The position numbers and the translations under genes were made by a program. Shown piece by piece: positions 17,919 through 27,322 of a stretch of DNA of 64,000 nt. The first letter of the stretch is position 1. Each line of letters starts with the position of its first letter. Source of the stretch: Candidatus Moraniibacteriota bacterium (GTDB taxonomy: Bacteria > Patescibacteriota > Minisyncoccia > Moranbacterales > UBA1568); the NCBI GenBank assembly GCA_013334575.1, contig JAAXXG010000003.1, positions 12,699 to 76,698 on the forward strand. The letters are read 5' to 3'. The notes beneath the pieces were generated by a model. The model did not search any database. It worked only from the letters and a program-made list of their open reading frames with translations, and was not told the DNA's origin.

Positions 17919-18186
17919 CCTTCGCTGCGCTGAAGCGCAGCTACGGCGGGACACAGTCCGCTTAGGTTCCGCCAACGTGGAACTACGGCGGGACACAGTC
18001 CGCAGTAGATGAGAGAAAGTGAGAGAGAACGAAGTGAACGCAAGTCCGGAAGCGAGCTGATGATTCGGCTTTCGTCGGGACGAGAAAGGCGCAGCGCGCT
18101 TCGCCAGTAGGCGAAGCCGCAAGCCGGGGTCGAGAAGGTCCGTCGCGACGGCGACGGATCATTCGTGACCGAGTCTCGTCCGGTCC
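17919..18186 (+). repeat. Non-coding stretch with two 21-bp direct repeats (CTACGGCGGGACACAGTCCGC) ending in an orphan copy of the tRNA-Asp 3' end (CGAGTCTCGTCCGGTCCGC)
   Basis: The tRNA-Asp 3' end recurs at about 18163-18183 without the rest of the tRNA. This looks like an attL/attR-type footprint. Confidence 0.45.
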
Positions 18187-18262
18187 GCAGGGAACGGCCC
18201 ACATCGGGTCGTTTTTCGTTTCGTGATATGATTTTCCGGTATGAGGATGAGTAATCAATTTC

Positions 18263-18796
18263 ATGCCGAATCTCTGTTGCTCCACCATTTTCGCTGAGCG
18301 GGTGACGCTCAAGCCGGTCTCGTCCGCGTACGAGGATGCCATTTTCCGCGAGTTCACCGAAGCGGTGGCGAGATACACGTTTCCGAAACCCGCCGATGAT
18401 ATCGAGGGAGTACGCGCGTTCATCGGGGAGTCGCGTGCGAAGATGGAGCGCGGGACGGATCTTGTCGTCGCGGTTATCGACCGGATGAGCGGCGCGTTCC
18501 TGGGGTGTGCCGGACTTCACGGGCTCGATGGGGACGAACCGGAATTCGGGATCTGGCTCGCCGTGTCCGCGCAGGGGAAGGGTATCGGAAAGGAAGTCGT
18601 CTTGGCGCTTCATACGTGGGCGGTAGCCAACCTGCCGCAGCCGTTTCTCCGGTACGTGTCGGACCGAACGAATATTCCGAGCCGAAGGCTTGCCGAAGTG
18701 CTCGGCGGCGTGCCGGTCGGAGAGTCGGTCCTTCCGAACGCTCGCGGCGAATATCTGCCTGTCGTGACCTATCGCGTTCCCAACCGCGTGTCGTGA
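18263..18796 (+). CDS. GNAT family N-acetyltransferase (RimJ/RimL-like)
   Basis: It has the acetyl-CoA binding motif GIWLAVSAQGKGIGKEVVLAL (Q/RxxGxG/A). Confidence 0.7.
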   Translation: MPNLCCSTIFAERVTLKPVSSAYEDAIFREFTEAVARYTFPKPADDIEGVRAFIGESRAKMERGTDLVVAVIDRMSGAFLGCAGLHGLDGDEPEFGIWLAVSAQGKGIGKEVVLALHTWAVANLPQPFLRYVSDRTNIPSRRLAEVLGGVPVGESVLPNARGEYLPVVTYRVPNRVS

Positions 18797-18837
18797 GGGA
18801 TGCCGTATCCGATTGACTCCCTATCAGGCTCCGTATA

Positions 18838-18852
18838 TACTGGGGGGGAGTA
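18838..18852. promoter_or_regulatory. RcnR-type operator TACT-G7-AGTA overlapping the repressor start codon
   Basis: TACTGGGGGGGAGTA matches the TACT-G6-N-AGTA site described for RcnR. It overlaps the ATG at 18852. Confidence 0.55.
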
Positions 18853-19157
18853 TGAATGACGTCTGTCGAAAGGAAGGACGGATCGGTGCCGGAGGCCGTG
18901 GCGCGAATGCGGATCGCGGCTCTTCTTCGTGCGTGCTGCGCCGTCTTTCGCGTATCGAGGGGCAGGTCCGCGGTATCCGGAAGATGATCGAGGAAGGGCG
19001 GGACTGCGAGGCGGTCGTCCAGCAGGTGAGCGCGGTCCGCGAGGCGGTCTCCACGCTCGGACTCGAGCTGCTCCGGGACGATTTCGCCTGCCGGCGTCGC
19101 AAGGGTCGCGAGATCGACGAGCGGTTCCTCCGGTCCCTCTTCCGCATGAAACACTGA
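18852..19157 (+). CDS. CsoR/RcnR/FrmR-family (DUF156) metal-sensing transcriptional repressor
   Basis: LRRLSRIEGQVRGIRKMIEEGRDCEAVVQQVSAVREA is the family helical signature, with a conserved Cys. The protein is about 100 aa. Confidence 0.75.
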   Translation: MNDVCRKEGRIGAGGRGANADRGSSSCVLRRLSRIEGQVRGIRKMIEEGRDCEAVVQQVSAVREAVSTLGLELLRDDFACRRRKGREIDERFLRSLFRMKH

Positions 19158-19166
19158 ACGTTCCCT

Positions 19167-20246
19167 ATGCGATTCCTCGAACGGATTCTCGATGTGATCC
19201 AGTCGCATCTTATGATATGGATCGTCGCGTCGGTCGCGGCGGGACTTCTCGTCTCGTATCTCACGCCGGGGTTCGGATTTTCCGCCCTTATCTGCCTTCT
19301 GGCCGCCCTGGTCATGATCTATCCGTCGCTCGTGCCGCTCTCCTTCGACCGGTTGACGGAGATCGTCGGGCACGGCCGACCGGTCCTTTTTTCTCTCGGG
19401 CTCAACTTCATCGTCTCGCCGGCGATCGCCTACGCGATAGGGTCGGTGTTCCTGTCCGGATTTCCCGAATACCGGCTCGGGCTGACGCTTTTATCGCTTC
19501 TTCCCGGCGGCGGAATGGTGACGACCTGGGCCACGCGCTCCAAGGCCGACATGCCGGCGACCGTCGGTATCATTCTTGCGAACCTTGCCGTTGCGGTCCT
19601 CATCGTTCCGCTTTCGTTCCCGATTCTCGTCCGGGACTCCTTTTTGCCCGGCTCCGACGCGCTTCCTTCGGTATCCGAATCGTCAGCCTGTCCGCTCGGT
19701 CAGGCGACTGCCGGTGTCGTCACCTGCGGCGCAGCCGTTTCCGCAGGTATCAGTCCTTGGAAGATCGCGGTTCCCATCCTCTTCATCGTCGTCGTTCCGG
19801 CCGTACTCGCCTGGCTTACGCAGAGAGTTTTACTCCGTCGCGGCGGTATCGCCCTGCTCGATCGGGCGAAGGTCCTCTTCGGGAAGGCGGGGAACGCGGG
19901 TCTCGTTATCGTGCTGTTCGTACTCATGGGGCTTCATGCGAACCGTGAGATCCTGACCCGTCCTTCCGATATCCTGCCGGCTATCGTTCCGGTCGTCCTG
20001 TTCTACACGGCGTTGTTCCTGGTTGCCGGGTTCGCTGCCGGACGGATCGCCGACACCGCGGTTCGGAGGGCGTTCTTCTGGGGATCGTCGCTCCGGTATC
20101 TGACGCTCGCTCTCGGACTCTCCATCTCATTCGCGTTCCAGAATCCGGACATGCTCCGGATGTCGGTCGTGGTCGTCCTTTCGTATCTGGTGCAGATTCC
20201 GGCGTCGTTTCGGGTCGCGCAGCGGATGCGGCGCGCGGAATCCTGA
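19167..20246 (+). CDS. ACR3/BASS-family (bile acid:sodium symporter fold) metal(loid) efflux permease
   Basis: It is a ten-TM protein with an SLLPGGGMVTTWATRS motif. It lies directly downstream of the RcnR-like repressor. Confidence 0.5.
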   Translation: MRFLERILDVIQSHLMIWIVASVAAGLLVSYLTPGFGFSALICLLAALVMIYPSLVPLSFDRLTEIVGHGRPVLFSLGLNFIVSPAIAYAIGSVFLSGFPEYRLGLTLLSLLPGGGMVTTWATRSKADMPATVGIILANLAVAVLIVPLSFPILVRDSFLPGSDALPSVSESSACPLGQATAGVVTCGAAVSAGISPWKIAVPILFIVVVPAVLAWLTQRVLLRRGGIALLDRAKVLFGKAGNAGLVIVLFVLMGLHANREILTRPSDILPAIVPVVLFYTALFLVAGFAAGRIADTAVRRAFFWGSSLRYLTLALGLSISFAFQNPDMLRMSVVVVLSYLVQIPASFRVAQRMRRAES

Positions 20247-20403
20247 ACGGCATCCCGGCGGAACGGACGGAAGGGTACGTCCGTCGCGCCGGGGAGGCGT
20301 TCCCCATCGTTCCGGCCGACGAGCCGGTACGTGGTATAATCTCACGCGTAATCAGATCGGGATCCGCGACTCGGGCACGAGGCGCGTCGTTCCGGAAAAC
20401 GAT

Positions 20404-20736
20404 ATGAGCAAGGTAGTGGTCCTGACGGACAAGACGTTCGAGGAGGAGGTTCTCAAGTCGGAGATGCCGGTCCTCGTCGATTTCTGGGCACCGTGGTGCG
20501 GGCCTTGCCGGATGATGGCTCCGGTGCTCGACGAGCTTTCCGAGTCGCTCGACGGCAAGCTGAAGGTGGCGAAGCTCGACGTGGACGATGCGGCGCACCA
20601 GGCGCTCGCGATGCAGTACCGCATCCAGAGCATCCCGGCGCTCAAGCTCTTCAAGGGCGGGCAGGTCGTGAAGGACTTCGTCGGGTTCCGCCCGAAGGAC
20701 GTGTTCGAGGTCGAGCTTGGCAAGGAGCTCCAGTAA
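20404..20736 (+). CDS. trxA: Thioredoxin
   Basis: It has the WCGPC active site and is 110 aa. An extended -10 TGgTATAAT lies upstream at about 20331. Confidence 0.9.
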   Translation: MSKVVVLTDKTFEEEVLKSEMPVLVDFWAPWCGPCRMMAPVLDELSESLDGKLKVAKLDVDDAAHQALAMQYRIQSIPALKLFKGGQVVKDFVGFRPKDVFEVELGKELQ

Positions 20737-20757
20737 GTCGGACGGAGATTTACGGAC

Positions 20758-21687
20758 ATGGAACGGAAAGAGGAATACCCGCTCGCCATCATCGGGGCCG
20801 GTCCGGCGGGTCTGTCGGCTTCCATCTACGCTTCCCGCTACGGAGTCGATCATATCGTGATCGGTCATCTTCCCGGCGGCCAGATCTCCGAGACGCATGA
20901 GATCGACAACTATCCCGGCGTGGACGCGGCCGGCGGGTTCGAGTTCGCCGAGTCGCTGATGGCGCACGCGCGCAAGTTCGGCGCGCCGATCGAGAGTCGG
21001 ATGGTCGTCGGTGTACGGAAGGAAGACGGCGCGTTCGTGCTCTTACTCGACGGCGGTTCGACCGTCCGCTGCCGGGCGCTTCTTTTGGCGACGGGTACGA
21101 AGCGGCGCGCGCTCGGTATCCCGCGCGAGGACGAGTTCGTCGGTCGCGGCGTGTCGTACTGCGCGACCTGCGACGGGTTCTTCTACCGCGGGAAGACGGT
21201 CGCGGTCATCGGCGGGAGCAACAGCGCCGCCGGCGCCGCCCTCTACCTGTCCGATATCGCGGCGAAGGTCTATCTCGTCTATCGCGGTGACGAGCTCCGC
21301 GCGGAGGCGCATACCGTGAACCGGCTGCGGGAGAAGGGAAACGTCTCGATCATCCTCGGAACGAACGTCGTATCCCTTTCCGGAACGGAGACGCTGACCT
21401 CGGTCACGCTCGACCGGCCCCATGACGGATCGGAGGCGCTTCCGGTCGACGGACTCTTCATTGAGATCGGATCGGACCCGAGCGCCGACTTCGCTCGCGA
21501 CCTCGGGGTCGAGACCGACGAGTCCGGATTCGTGAAGGTCTCGGCCGACATGACGACGAACGTTCCCGGAGTCTTCGCGGCCGGGGACCTGACCGACGGA
21601 TCGGCCAAGTTCCGGCAGGTGGTGACGGCCGCCGCGGAAGGGGCGATCGCCGCGCGGAGCATTCACGCGTACCTGTCACGATCCTGA
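20758..21687 (+). CDS. trxB: Thioredoxin reductase
   Basis: It has FAD/NAD(P) Rossmann motifs (GAGPAG, GGGNSA) and the redox CATC motif. Confidence 0.9.
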   Translation: MERKEEYPLAIIGAGPAGLSASIYASRYGVDHIVIGHLPGGQISETHEIDNYPGVDAAGGFEFAESLMAHARKFGAPIESRMVVGVRKEDGAFVLLLDGGSTVRCRALLLATGTKRRALGIPREDEFVGRGVSYCATCDGFFYRGKTVAVIGGSNSAAGAALYLSDIAAKVYLVYRGDELRAEAHTVNRLREKGNVSIILGTNVVSLSGTETLTSVTLDRPHDGSEALPVDGLFIEIGSDPSADFARDLGVETDESGFVKVSADMTTNVPGVFAAGDLTDGSAKFRQVVTAAAEGAIAARSIHAYLSRS

Positions 21688-21771
21688 TTCCCTCGCGGTC
21701 CGAAATACGCCCCCGAACGGGGCGTTTTCGTTTTCGGGAGCCGCTTTGAGGCGGACTGACGATGGGATAGA

Positions 21772-22683
21772 ATGAGGGAAAGCATTACGGAATCATCGGA
21801 TATGAAGAGAAACGACAAGACATGGAACGGGCGATCCGATGGTCGCCGATCGCGGATCGCACTCGCGCTCTCGGGCGGCTCCGCCGTCGGTATCGCGCAT
21901 ATCGGCGCGGTCCGTGCCATCCGGGAGGCAGACATGGACATCGTGGCGGTCTCCGGGACGAGTGCCGGGTCCGTCGTCGCGGCCTGTGTCGCGTTCGGCG
22001 TTCCGGAAGAGCGGATGATCGAGGTGTCGCGACGGCTCAGCTGGTCGAACATCTCCGACTTCGGGTATTCGAAGCTGGGCTTCAATTCGAACCGTCCCGT
22101 CGGAGCGCTCGTGGAGGAACTGATCGGCGACGTCCGCATCGAGGATGCCCGGATCCCGCTTTCGGTCGTCGCGACCGACATCGACACCGGAGAGAAGATC
22201 GTCTTCCGGAAAGGGAGCCTTGCCGAGGCGATACGGGCGAGTACCTGTATCCCGGGGTTCTTCGTGCCGGTCGAGATCGGCGGACGTCGCCTGGTCGACG
22301 GCGGTATCGTCGAGAACCTGCCCATCCCGTCGTTGCCGCGCTCCAAGGCGGATCTGCGCGTCGGTATCGATCTCGGCTATTGGCGGACGATCCATCCCGC
22401 GAAGAACGTACTCGACGTCGTTACGAACTCGTATGCCATCCTCGTGCGCGGGCAGGCGGATCCGACACGGGCCGGATCCGACCGGAGTCTCGTCATCAGG
22501 CCGCATCTCGAGGGGTTCACGATCTCCGATTTCAAACGGATGGACGAGTTGATCGACGCCGGATACCGCGCGACGCGGGATCGTATCCCGTCCATGCGGC
22601 GGCGCGCCGAGGCGGCGCGGCTCAATCCGATGCGGATCATCCGTTCGGCCATCTCGTTCCTGCGGAAACGGACCGGACTATGA
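21772..22683 (+). CDS. Patatin-like phospholipase (second paralog)
   Basis: It has the oxyanion motif LSGGSAVG, the nucleophile GTSAG and a VDGG motif. Confidence 0.75.
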   Translation: MRESITESSDMKRNDKTWNGRSDGRRSRIALALSGGSAVGIAHIGAVRAIREADMDIVAVSGTSAGSVVAACVAFGVPEERMIEVSRRLSWSNISDFGYSKLGFNSNRPVGALVEELIGDVRIEDARIPLSVVATDIDTGEKIVFRKGSLAEAIRASTCIPGFFVPVEIGGRRLVDGGIVENLPIPSLPRSKADLRVGIDLGYWRTIHPAKNVLDVVTNSYAILVRGQADPTRAGSDRSLVIRPHLEGFTISDFKRMDELIDAGYRATRDRIPSMRRRAEAARLNPMRIIRSAISFLRKRTGL

Positions 22684-23645
22684 GTCCGCTTATTCCGGTT
22701 GCGGAAATCGTTGCCGGCTACGGGGTCCGGTTCGAACGGCTCCGGGAGGATATCCCGCTGTTCGGAAGTCCCGAGCGGACGGAGTATCGCGTCGCCTTCG
22801 AGGACGACGGGGGAAAGGCATTCGTGTTCGAGGAGGTGGCCGTCTCGCGCCTTGCGAAGAAGCGGGCGATCGCGCGGACCCTTGCCCGACTGTCCGAAAT
22901 GGACCCGTCGCTTCCCGTGGCGCCCTATCTCCGGAATCGCGACGGCGAGCATATCACGGAACTTTCCGGGAAGTTCTTCCAGCTCGTGCCGTATATCGAT
23001 GGCGTCTTGCTCGATCGGGAGCGCTATCTTTCCGATGACTGGCGCGGGATTGCGGCGGCCCGCTTCCTGACCGCGCTCCGGAGCACGTCGGCATCGCTCC
23101 GGTCCGATGAACTCGGTCCGATTCCCGCGCCTTTCCTCCTGCGGGACTATGTCGACGAACTGGTCGGGAAGATACGACGAAACGACCCTGATGTGCTCGA
23201 AGGGATCACGCCGGTCCTCTCGCATCTTGAGAACGATTTTTTTCCGCGGGAGGATTCGGTTCCGACGGCGTTCTGTCACGGCGACTACCATCCGGTGAAC
23301 GTCATCTGGGCAACGCGCGGTGTCGCGGGCGTCATCGACTGGGAGTTCGCCGGCGTGAAGCACGGGCTCTATGACGCGGCGAACATGGTCGGCTGCCTCG
23401 GGATGGAGGATCCGGACGCGCTCAAGGGCGGTATGGCACTCTCGTTCCTGAAGACGCTCCGGGAATCGGACGCGTTTTCAGCGGACGACTGGACTGGTTT
23501 TCCCGATCTTCTGCTCGCGACGCGATTCGCGTGGCTTTCGGAGTGGCTCCGTTTCCGCGAGGAAGGACTCGTCGCGCTCGAGACCGAATATATGAACCTG
23601 CTTCTCGAACATCGGGAGTTCCTCGTCCGGATCTGGGAACTCTAG
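22680..23645 (+). CDS. Aminoglycoside-phosphotransferase-fold (protein-kinase-like) phosphotransferase
   Basis: FCHGDYHPVNVIW is the catalytic HGD motif and GVIDWEFAG is the DWE motif. Its start overlaps the patatin stop as ATGA. Confidence 0.7.
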   Translation: MSPLIPVAEIVAGYGVRFERLREDIPLFGSPERTEYRVAFEDDGGKAFVFEEVAVSRLAKKRAIARTLARLSEMDPSLPVAPYLRNRDGEHITELSGKFFQLVPYIDGVLLDRERYLSDDWRGIAAARFLTALRSTSASLRSDELGPIPAPFLLRDYVDELVGKIRRNDPDVLEGITPVLSHLENDFFPREDSVPTAFCHGDYHPVNVIWATRGVAGVIDWEFAGVKHGLYDAANMVGCLGMEDPDALKGGMALSFLKTLRESDAFSADDWTGFPDLLLATRFAWLSEWLRFREEGLVALETEYMNLLLEHREFLVRIWEL

Positions 23646-23708
23646 CGGGACGGTTTACATCGCCGGTCCGAAACGGTACCATGGCCCCGTACGAACGAAC
23701 CTACGCCT

Positions 23709-24065
23709 ATGCCTAAGAAAATCATGCAGAAAGTCGCCGACACGCACATCCGCGGATTCGCCCAGTTCATACGGGAGCAGGGGGTCATCGGTCTCGCGAC
23801 CGGTTTCATCCTCGGCGGCGCGGTCTCCAAGGTCGTGTCCGCGTTCGTGACCGATATCATCAATCCGATCCTGTCCATCGCGCTCGGCGCCGCGGACGAG
23901 TTCCGGCAGTCGGCGGTCTCGGTCGGGGGCGCGCAGATCCTGTGGGGAGACTTCCTCTCCGTGCTTATCGATTTCGTCATCGTGGCGGCGGTCGTGTATT
24001 TCGGATTCAAGGTCCTCGGGCTCGAGAAGCTCGACAAGAAGAAGGAGAAGGCCGAGACGAAATGA
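23709..24065 (+). CDS. mscL: Large-conductance mechanosensitive channel
   Basis: It is 118 aa with two TM helices and the characteristic GVIGLATGFILGGAV sequence. Confidence 0.85.
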   Translation: MPKKIMQKVADTHIRGFAQFIREQGVIGLATGFILGGAVSKVVSAFVTDIINPILSIALGAADEFRQSAVSVGGAQILWGDFLSVLIDFVIVAAVVYFGFKVLGLEKLDKKKEKAETK

Positions 24066-24096
24066 TGACCGGGATCGGTGGAAGGGATATATAAAA

Positions 24097-24120
24097 AAGA
24101 CCCTTGGGATCAAGGGTCTT
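24097..24120. terminator. Bidirectional terminator hairpin AAGACCCTTG-ggat-CAAGGGTCTT
   Basis: A perfect 10-bp stem flanked by A-run and T-run lies between the convergent mscL and isochorismatase genes. Confidence 0.6.
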
Positions 24121-24628
24121 CATGCGGATTTTCTTGCAGGAACCTATGTGCAGCGCCGACATGTTCGACGTAGCTCGCGCCGATCGAACGCCATAGGTCA
24201 CTGCGGTTTGGGCCGCTGTAGCGCTTCCCATATCCGGCGGTCAGGGCGCCACATGCCGTAACCTGATACCCTCTCGCGATGGCATCGATAGCCGTCTCGT
24301 AGAGGCAGACGCCGGCCTCGACGCCTCCCAGAAGGAAGGAACCGATTCCGAGAGTGTCGAACGTCTCGTCGAGTGAGGTGCCGTTGAAGGCGTTCCAGTC
24401 TTTCTTCTCGATGAGATGGACGTTCTCGTATCCCGAAACGGCATCAATCAGTTTCCGGTTGGTAGTTCCTCGTCCGACAAACTCCACGATGATGACCGGA
24501 ATATGGAGGTGTCTGCATGTTCTCAGGACCGCGACCTGATGCGGGATGATTTCCCGTTTGTCAGTTGCCGATCCGTTCCGCATCTGCATGTCCATGAGGA
24601 CGAAGGCTAATCCCTTTTTCGGTTTCAT
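24110..24628 (-). CDS. Isochorismatase-family cysteine hydrolase
   Basis: FVLMDMQ marks the N-terminal Asp. The catalytic-Cys region reads GGVEAGVCLYETAIDA. Confidence 0.7.
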   Translation of the reverse strand: MKPKKGLAFVLMDMQMRNGSATDKREIIPHQVAVLRTCRHLHIPVIIVEFVGRGTTNRKLIDAVSGYENVHLIEKKDWNAFNGTSLDETFDTLGIGSFLLGGVEAGVCLYETAIDAIARGYQVTACGALTAGYGKRYSGPNRSDLWRSIGASYVEHVGAAHRFLQENPHEDP

Positions 24629-24811
24629 TGGAAAAAAGTTTGTCCGGACGATGTGCCGGTTGTTGTTGAATATGGGCGTTATTAATGTAACGTCCTATTA
24701 TACATCATTTAGAAGGAAAAATCAAGTGTCTACAGAAATCGCTTGATAGAGGGAGGAAATGGTGATATTGTAGGCGTATTCGGCGATTTATACGATTGAG
24801 AATCGTCGAGT

Positions 24812-24903
24812 GGAGAGATGGCCGAGCGGCTGAAGTCCCTTCATACCGCTTGAGCGGAATGAAGTGCTAACGCGGCATGGGGTAACACCCATCGAGGGTT
24901 CGT
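24812..24903 (+). pseudogene. Degenerate partial copy of tRNA-Ser carrying a 30-nt hairpin insertion and lacking the 3' acceptor
   Basis: It shares GGAGAGATGGCCGAGCGGCTGAAG and GCTAACG.GGCATGGGGTAACACCCATCGAGGGTTCG with the true tRNA-Ser. The insert CCTTCATACCGCTTGAGCGGAATGAAG replaces the anticodon stem. Confidence 0.5.
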
Positions 24904-24981
24904 CCGGCACATGCCGGACGCCCGGCGAATGTCCGGGCGAATCTGTCGGTTATTCTGGTTCAGGGGAATTTTGAAAATAAT

Positions 24982-25068
24982 GGAGAGATGGCCGAGCGGC
25001 TGAAGGCACCACACTGCTAACGTGGCATGGGGTAACACCCATCGAGGGTTCGAATCCCTCTCTCTCCG
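24982..25068 (+). tRNA. tRNA-Ser (anticodon GCT)
   Basis: It is a long-variable-arm class II tRNA with anticodon loop CTGCTAA. Confidence 0.85.
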
Positions 25069-25079
25069 CACAGCGGGAC

Positions 25080-25110
25080 AAGCGACTCATGAAGGGTCGC
25101 TTTTCCTTTT
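25080..25110 (+). terminator. Terminator hairpin AAGCGAC-tcatgaagg-GTCGCTT followed by a T-rich tract
   Basis: It lies immediately 3' of tRNA-Ser. A near-copy of the tRNA 3' flank plus this hairpin recurs at about 30250-30330. Confidence 0.5.
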
Positions 25111-25160
25111 TCTTACAGCGCTTTCGATGGTTCGAAGCCGCTATTTCCTGTCCGCTGTTC

Positions 25161-25223
25161 CTTGCTTTTCCGGCCCGGAGGGGTATGGTGGAGGTGTTGG
25201 TGTCTATAAAAAGGTACCTGACC
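25161..25223 (+). repeat. M1 promoter/leader repeat, copy 1
   Basis: CTTGC(C)TTTTCGGCCCGGAGGGGTATGGTGGAGGTGTTGGTGTCTATAAAAAGGTACCTGACC reads as TTGCCT-N17-TATGGT plus a conserved leader. It is upstream of the 25302 gene. Confidence 0.6.
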
Positions 25224-25301
25224 ACTTTTCTGCTATGACTGGAAGGCCTCGGTTATCGTGGTGTTTTCCGCAAAGTCGTCCTGTTTGCCGAGCAGTCGTT
25301 T

Positions 25302-27068
25302 TTGAAAGGTGTTATAGTATGGATGTCGAATGAGGAGGGGAATAACCCGACGCATATGAAAGAAAATCCGATGTCGGTTCCTAGTGACGCCGAAAGTCAG
25401 GCGAAGAATGTCCCTCTGTTCATCCGGGAATTTTCGCGCTCCGATTCGAAAGAGGAACGCGATGTCCTTGCGGCATCGATCCGCGAAAGTCGACGGAAGC
25501 GCGATGAGTGGCAGGCGGAACACGACGGGCGTTCCGTGGAGCGGGAGCGGCTCGCGGCTGAGCTGGACGGTCTTCGCAACGAGATAGCGGCGTACGAGAA
25601 CGGGGGACTCGTGACGAAGGTGAAAGATTTTCTCGCGTATCGTTCCGTGAAAGCGGAGCTGAAGGAGAAGCTGGGCGTACTCGATAAAAGCGACGATGCG
25701 ATTGCCGATGCGGAAGAGATAAAGCCTGATTTCGAGGAAACTCGGCGGCTTTTGGATGCGTTTTATACGGACGAGAAGGAGAAATGGGAGAAGGCCGGAT
25801 ATACGCCGGAGGATATCGCAAAACAGTTCACCGAGGAGCGTCTTTCCTCGTTGTCCGTCGAGGACTATGCGCTTCTGATGAGACGCTTCCCGGGCGAGAT
25901 GCTCACGCACGTGACGCGGCAGGGGATTCGCGATCATGCAGGGACTATCTGGCATACGGCTGGAGAAGGAAAATACCATAAAGGTTTCGAGTCCATGCTT
26001 GAAGATGGAAGGCTCCGTTCGAGTCTCGGAATCGCGCTCAAGGAACGTTCCAAGGAAGAAGCCGTATCGAGATTTCTTCGACTCGATAAGGTCAATTCAC
26101 GGGAGGATGCGCTTACTATGTTGGCGAAGAAATTCGAATCCAACGTGATTACGGACAACGGATTCGCCGATACCTCGGCCGTCCATTTCGCCGCGGAGAC
26201 GGTCATGGACGAGATGTACGGCTCCGAGAAAGGAAACGAGATTTTCGTGGCGTTTCCGGCGGCGTATGTCGCTTCGCAGTTGCGATTCGGCGGTCACGGG
26301 AGGTTGACCGAAGGCCATGGCGGTGTGTGGAACGACAAGTGGGTCTATACGAAGGATCATGAAGGTATGCCGCTTGATGCTGGAATAGTATTCATTCCGG
26401 AAGACGCGATGGTCAGTCCGAAAACGGGGTCCCGTTACGAGATCGGGGATGAGGGAGAGCCTTCCGTCCGGACACGTCACATCGACGAGATTCTCGATGC
26501 CCGATTCGGGAAAAACGGATTCATTCAGAAATTCGTACAGGATCTTTCACCCCGGCTTGCGAAGCTTCCGCTTCAGGAACGGCTGTCGCTCGCGCAGGGC
26601 GCGTTCAAGGAGTTCGGCATCACCGATGCGGATGCGCAAAAGGCGTTGGTGGATCTCGATGTGCTCGAAAAGTTCGCCGATGCCTGGGGAAGCGATGGGG
26701 AGCGGGACGAATACGGGAAGATCTTGGGAAAATACTACGGGAAATGCGGAGCGGATCGGTACGAGGTGGCGAAGGAGCCGATTTCTTCCAAGGAATATTG
26801 GGAGCAGTATTTCCAGCAGCATCCCGAGCGACGGCTGTCGAAGGTGGTCTACTATCGCGGAGGCGACCCCTCACACGCACTGAACCGTTGGCGGGAAGGG
26901 GCGGGAATACGGAAAGATTCGGACGATTGGAATCTTGGGTTTTCGGATCATTATGTCGGGGAAAATGCACCCGAGGCAAATGAAGGGAAAGAGCGCCTGC
27001 TGTCCCTCGCGCATAAACTCATAGACGAGCGATTTCCGGCAACGGAGATGGCTACTGAAGAAGCCTAG
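25302..27068 (+). CDS. Hypothetical protein (588 aa, soluble, no recognised domain)
   Basis: This long ORF has coding-like codon usage and sits downstream of an M1 element. Confidence 0.5.
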   Translation: MKGVIVWMSNEEGNNPTHMKENPMSVPSDAESQAKNVPLFIREFSRSDSKEERDVLAASIRESRRKRDEWQAEHDGRSVERERLAAELDGLRNEIAAYENGGLVTKVKDFLAYRSVKAELKEKLGVLDKSDDAIADAEEIKPDFEETRRLLDAFYTDEKEKWEKAGYTPEDIAKQFTEERLSSLSVEDYALLMRRFPGEMLTHVTRQGIRDHAGTIWHTAGEGKYHKGFESMLEDGRLRSSLGIALKERSKEEAVSRFLRLDKVNSREDALTMLAKKFESNVITDNGFADTSAVHFAAETVMDEMYGSEKGNEIFVAFPAAYVASQLRFGGHGRLTEGHGGVWNDKWVYTKDHEGMPLDAGIVFIPEDAMVSPKTGSRYEIGDEGEPSVRTRHIDEILDARFGKNGFIQKFVQDLSPRLAKLPLQERLSLAQGAFKEFGITDADAQKALVDLDVLEKFADAWGSDGERDEYGKILGKYYGKCGADRYEVAKEPISSKEYWEQYFQQHPERRLSKVVYYRGGDPSHALNRWREGAGIRKDSDDWNLGFSDHYVGENAPEANEGKERLLSLAHKLIDERFPATEMATEEA

Positions 27069-27110
27069 CGAGCGTTTTCGGAAGTCTGGAATGGGGTGTA
27101 GGATTTCGAC

Positions 27111-27250
27111 GTGCCTTTTCTCTTTTCATGCCAAATCACTTATAAACAGAGAGAAAGGCTTTTGAGAGTCTTTCTTTTTTCGACAAAGTCGTATTTTCAC
27201 GGTTACGGAAGGGAATTTCTTCCGGTTTACGGGAGGAATTCTCTATCCTG
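27111..27250 (+). repeat. M0 repeat (~140 bp), copy 1, immediately upstream of an M1 element
   Basis: It is about 85% identical to 31787-31941. Confidence 0.6.
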
Positions 27251-27320
27251 CCCGATTCTTGCCTTTTCAGCCCGGAGGGGTATGGTGGATATGTCAGTGT
27301 CCCATAAAAAAGGAACCTGA
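27251..27320 (+). repeat. M1 promoter/leader repeat, copy 2 (leader variant B: GGATATGTCAGTGTCCCATAAAAAAGGAACCTGA)
   Basis: It shares sequence with the other M1 copies. Confidence 0.6.
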
Positions 27321-27322
27321 TT

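Noticed and set aside
19981-20967. 328-aa minus-strand ORF overlapping trxA and trxB
   Set aside because: It is antisense to two unambiguous genes and low complexity.
21822-22679. N-terminal 286 aa of ORF 21822..23645
   Set aside because: It is out of frame relative to patatin 2 and Arg-rich. The APH-fold protein starts at the ATG at 22680, overlapping the patatin stop.
24812-24903. First tRNA-Ser-like sequence as a functional tRNA, tmRNA or intron-containing tRNA
   Set aside because: It lacks the acceptor 3' strand and T-loop completion. The inserted hairpin replaces the anticodon stem rather than sitting at a canonical intron position. There is no tmRNA tag-reading-frame signature.
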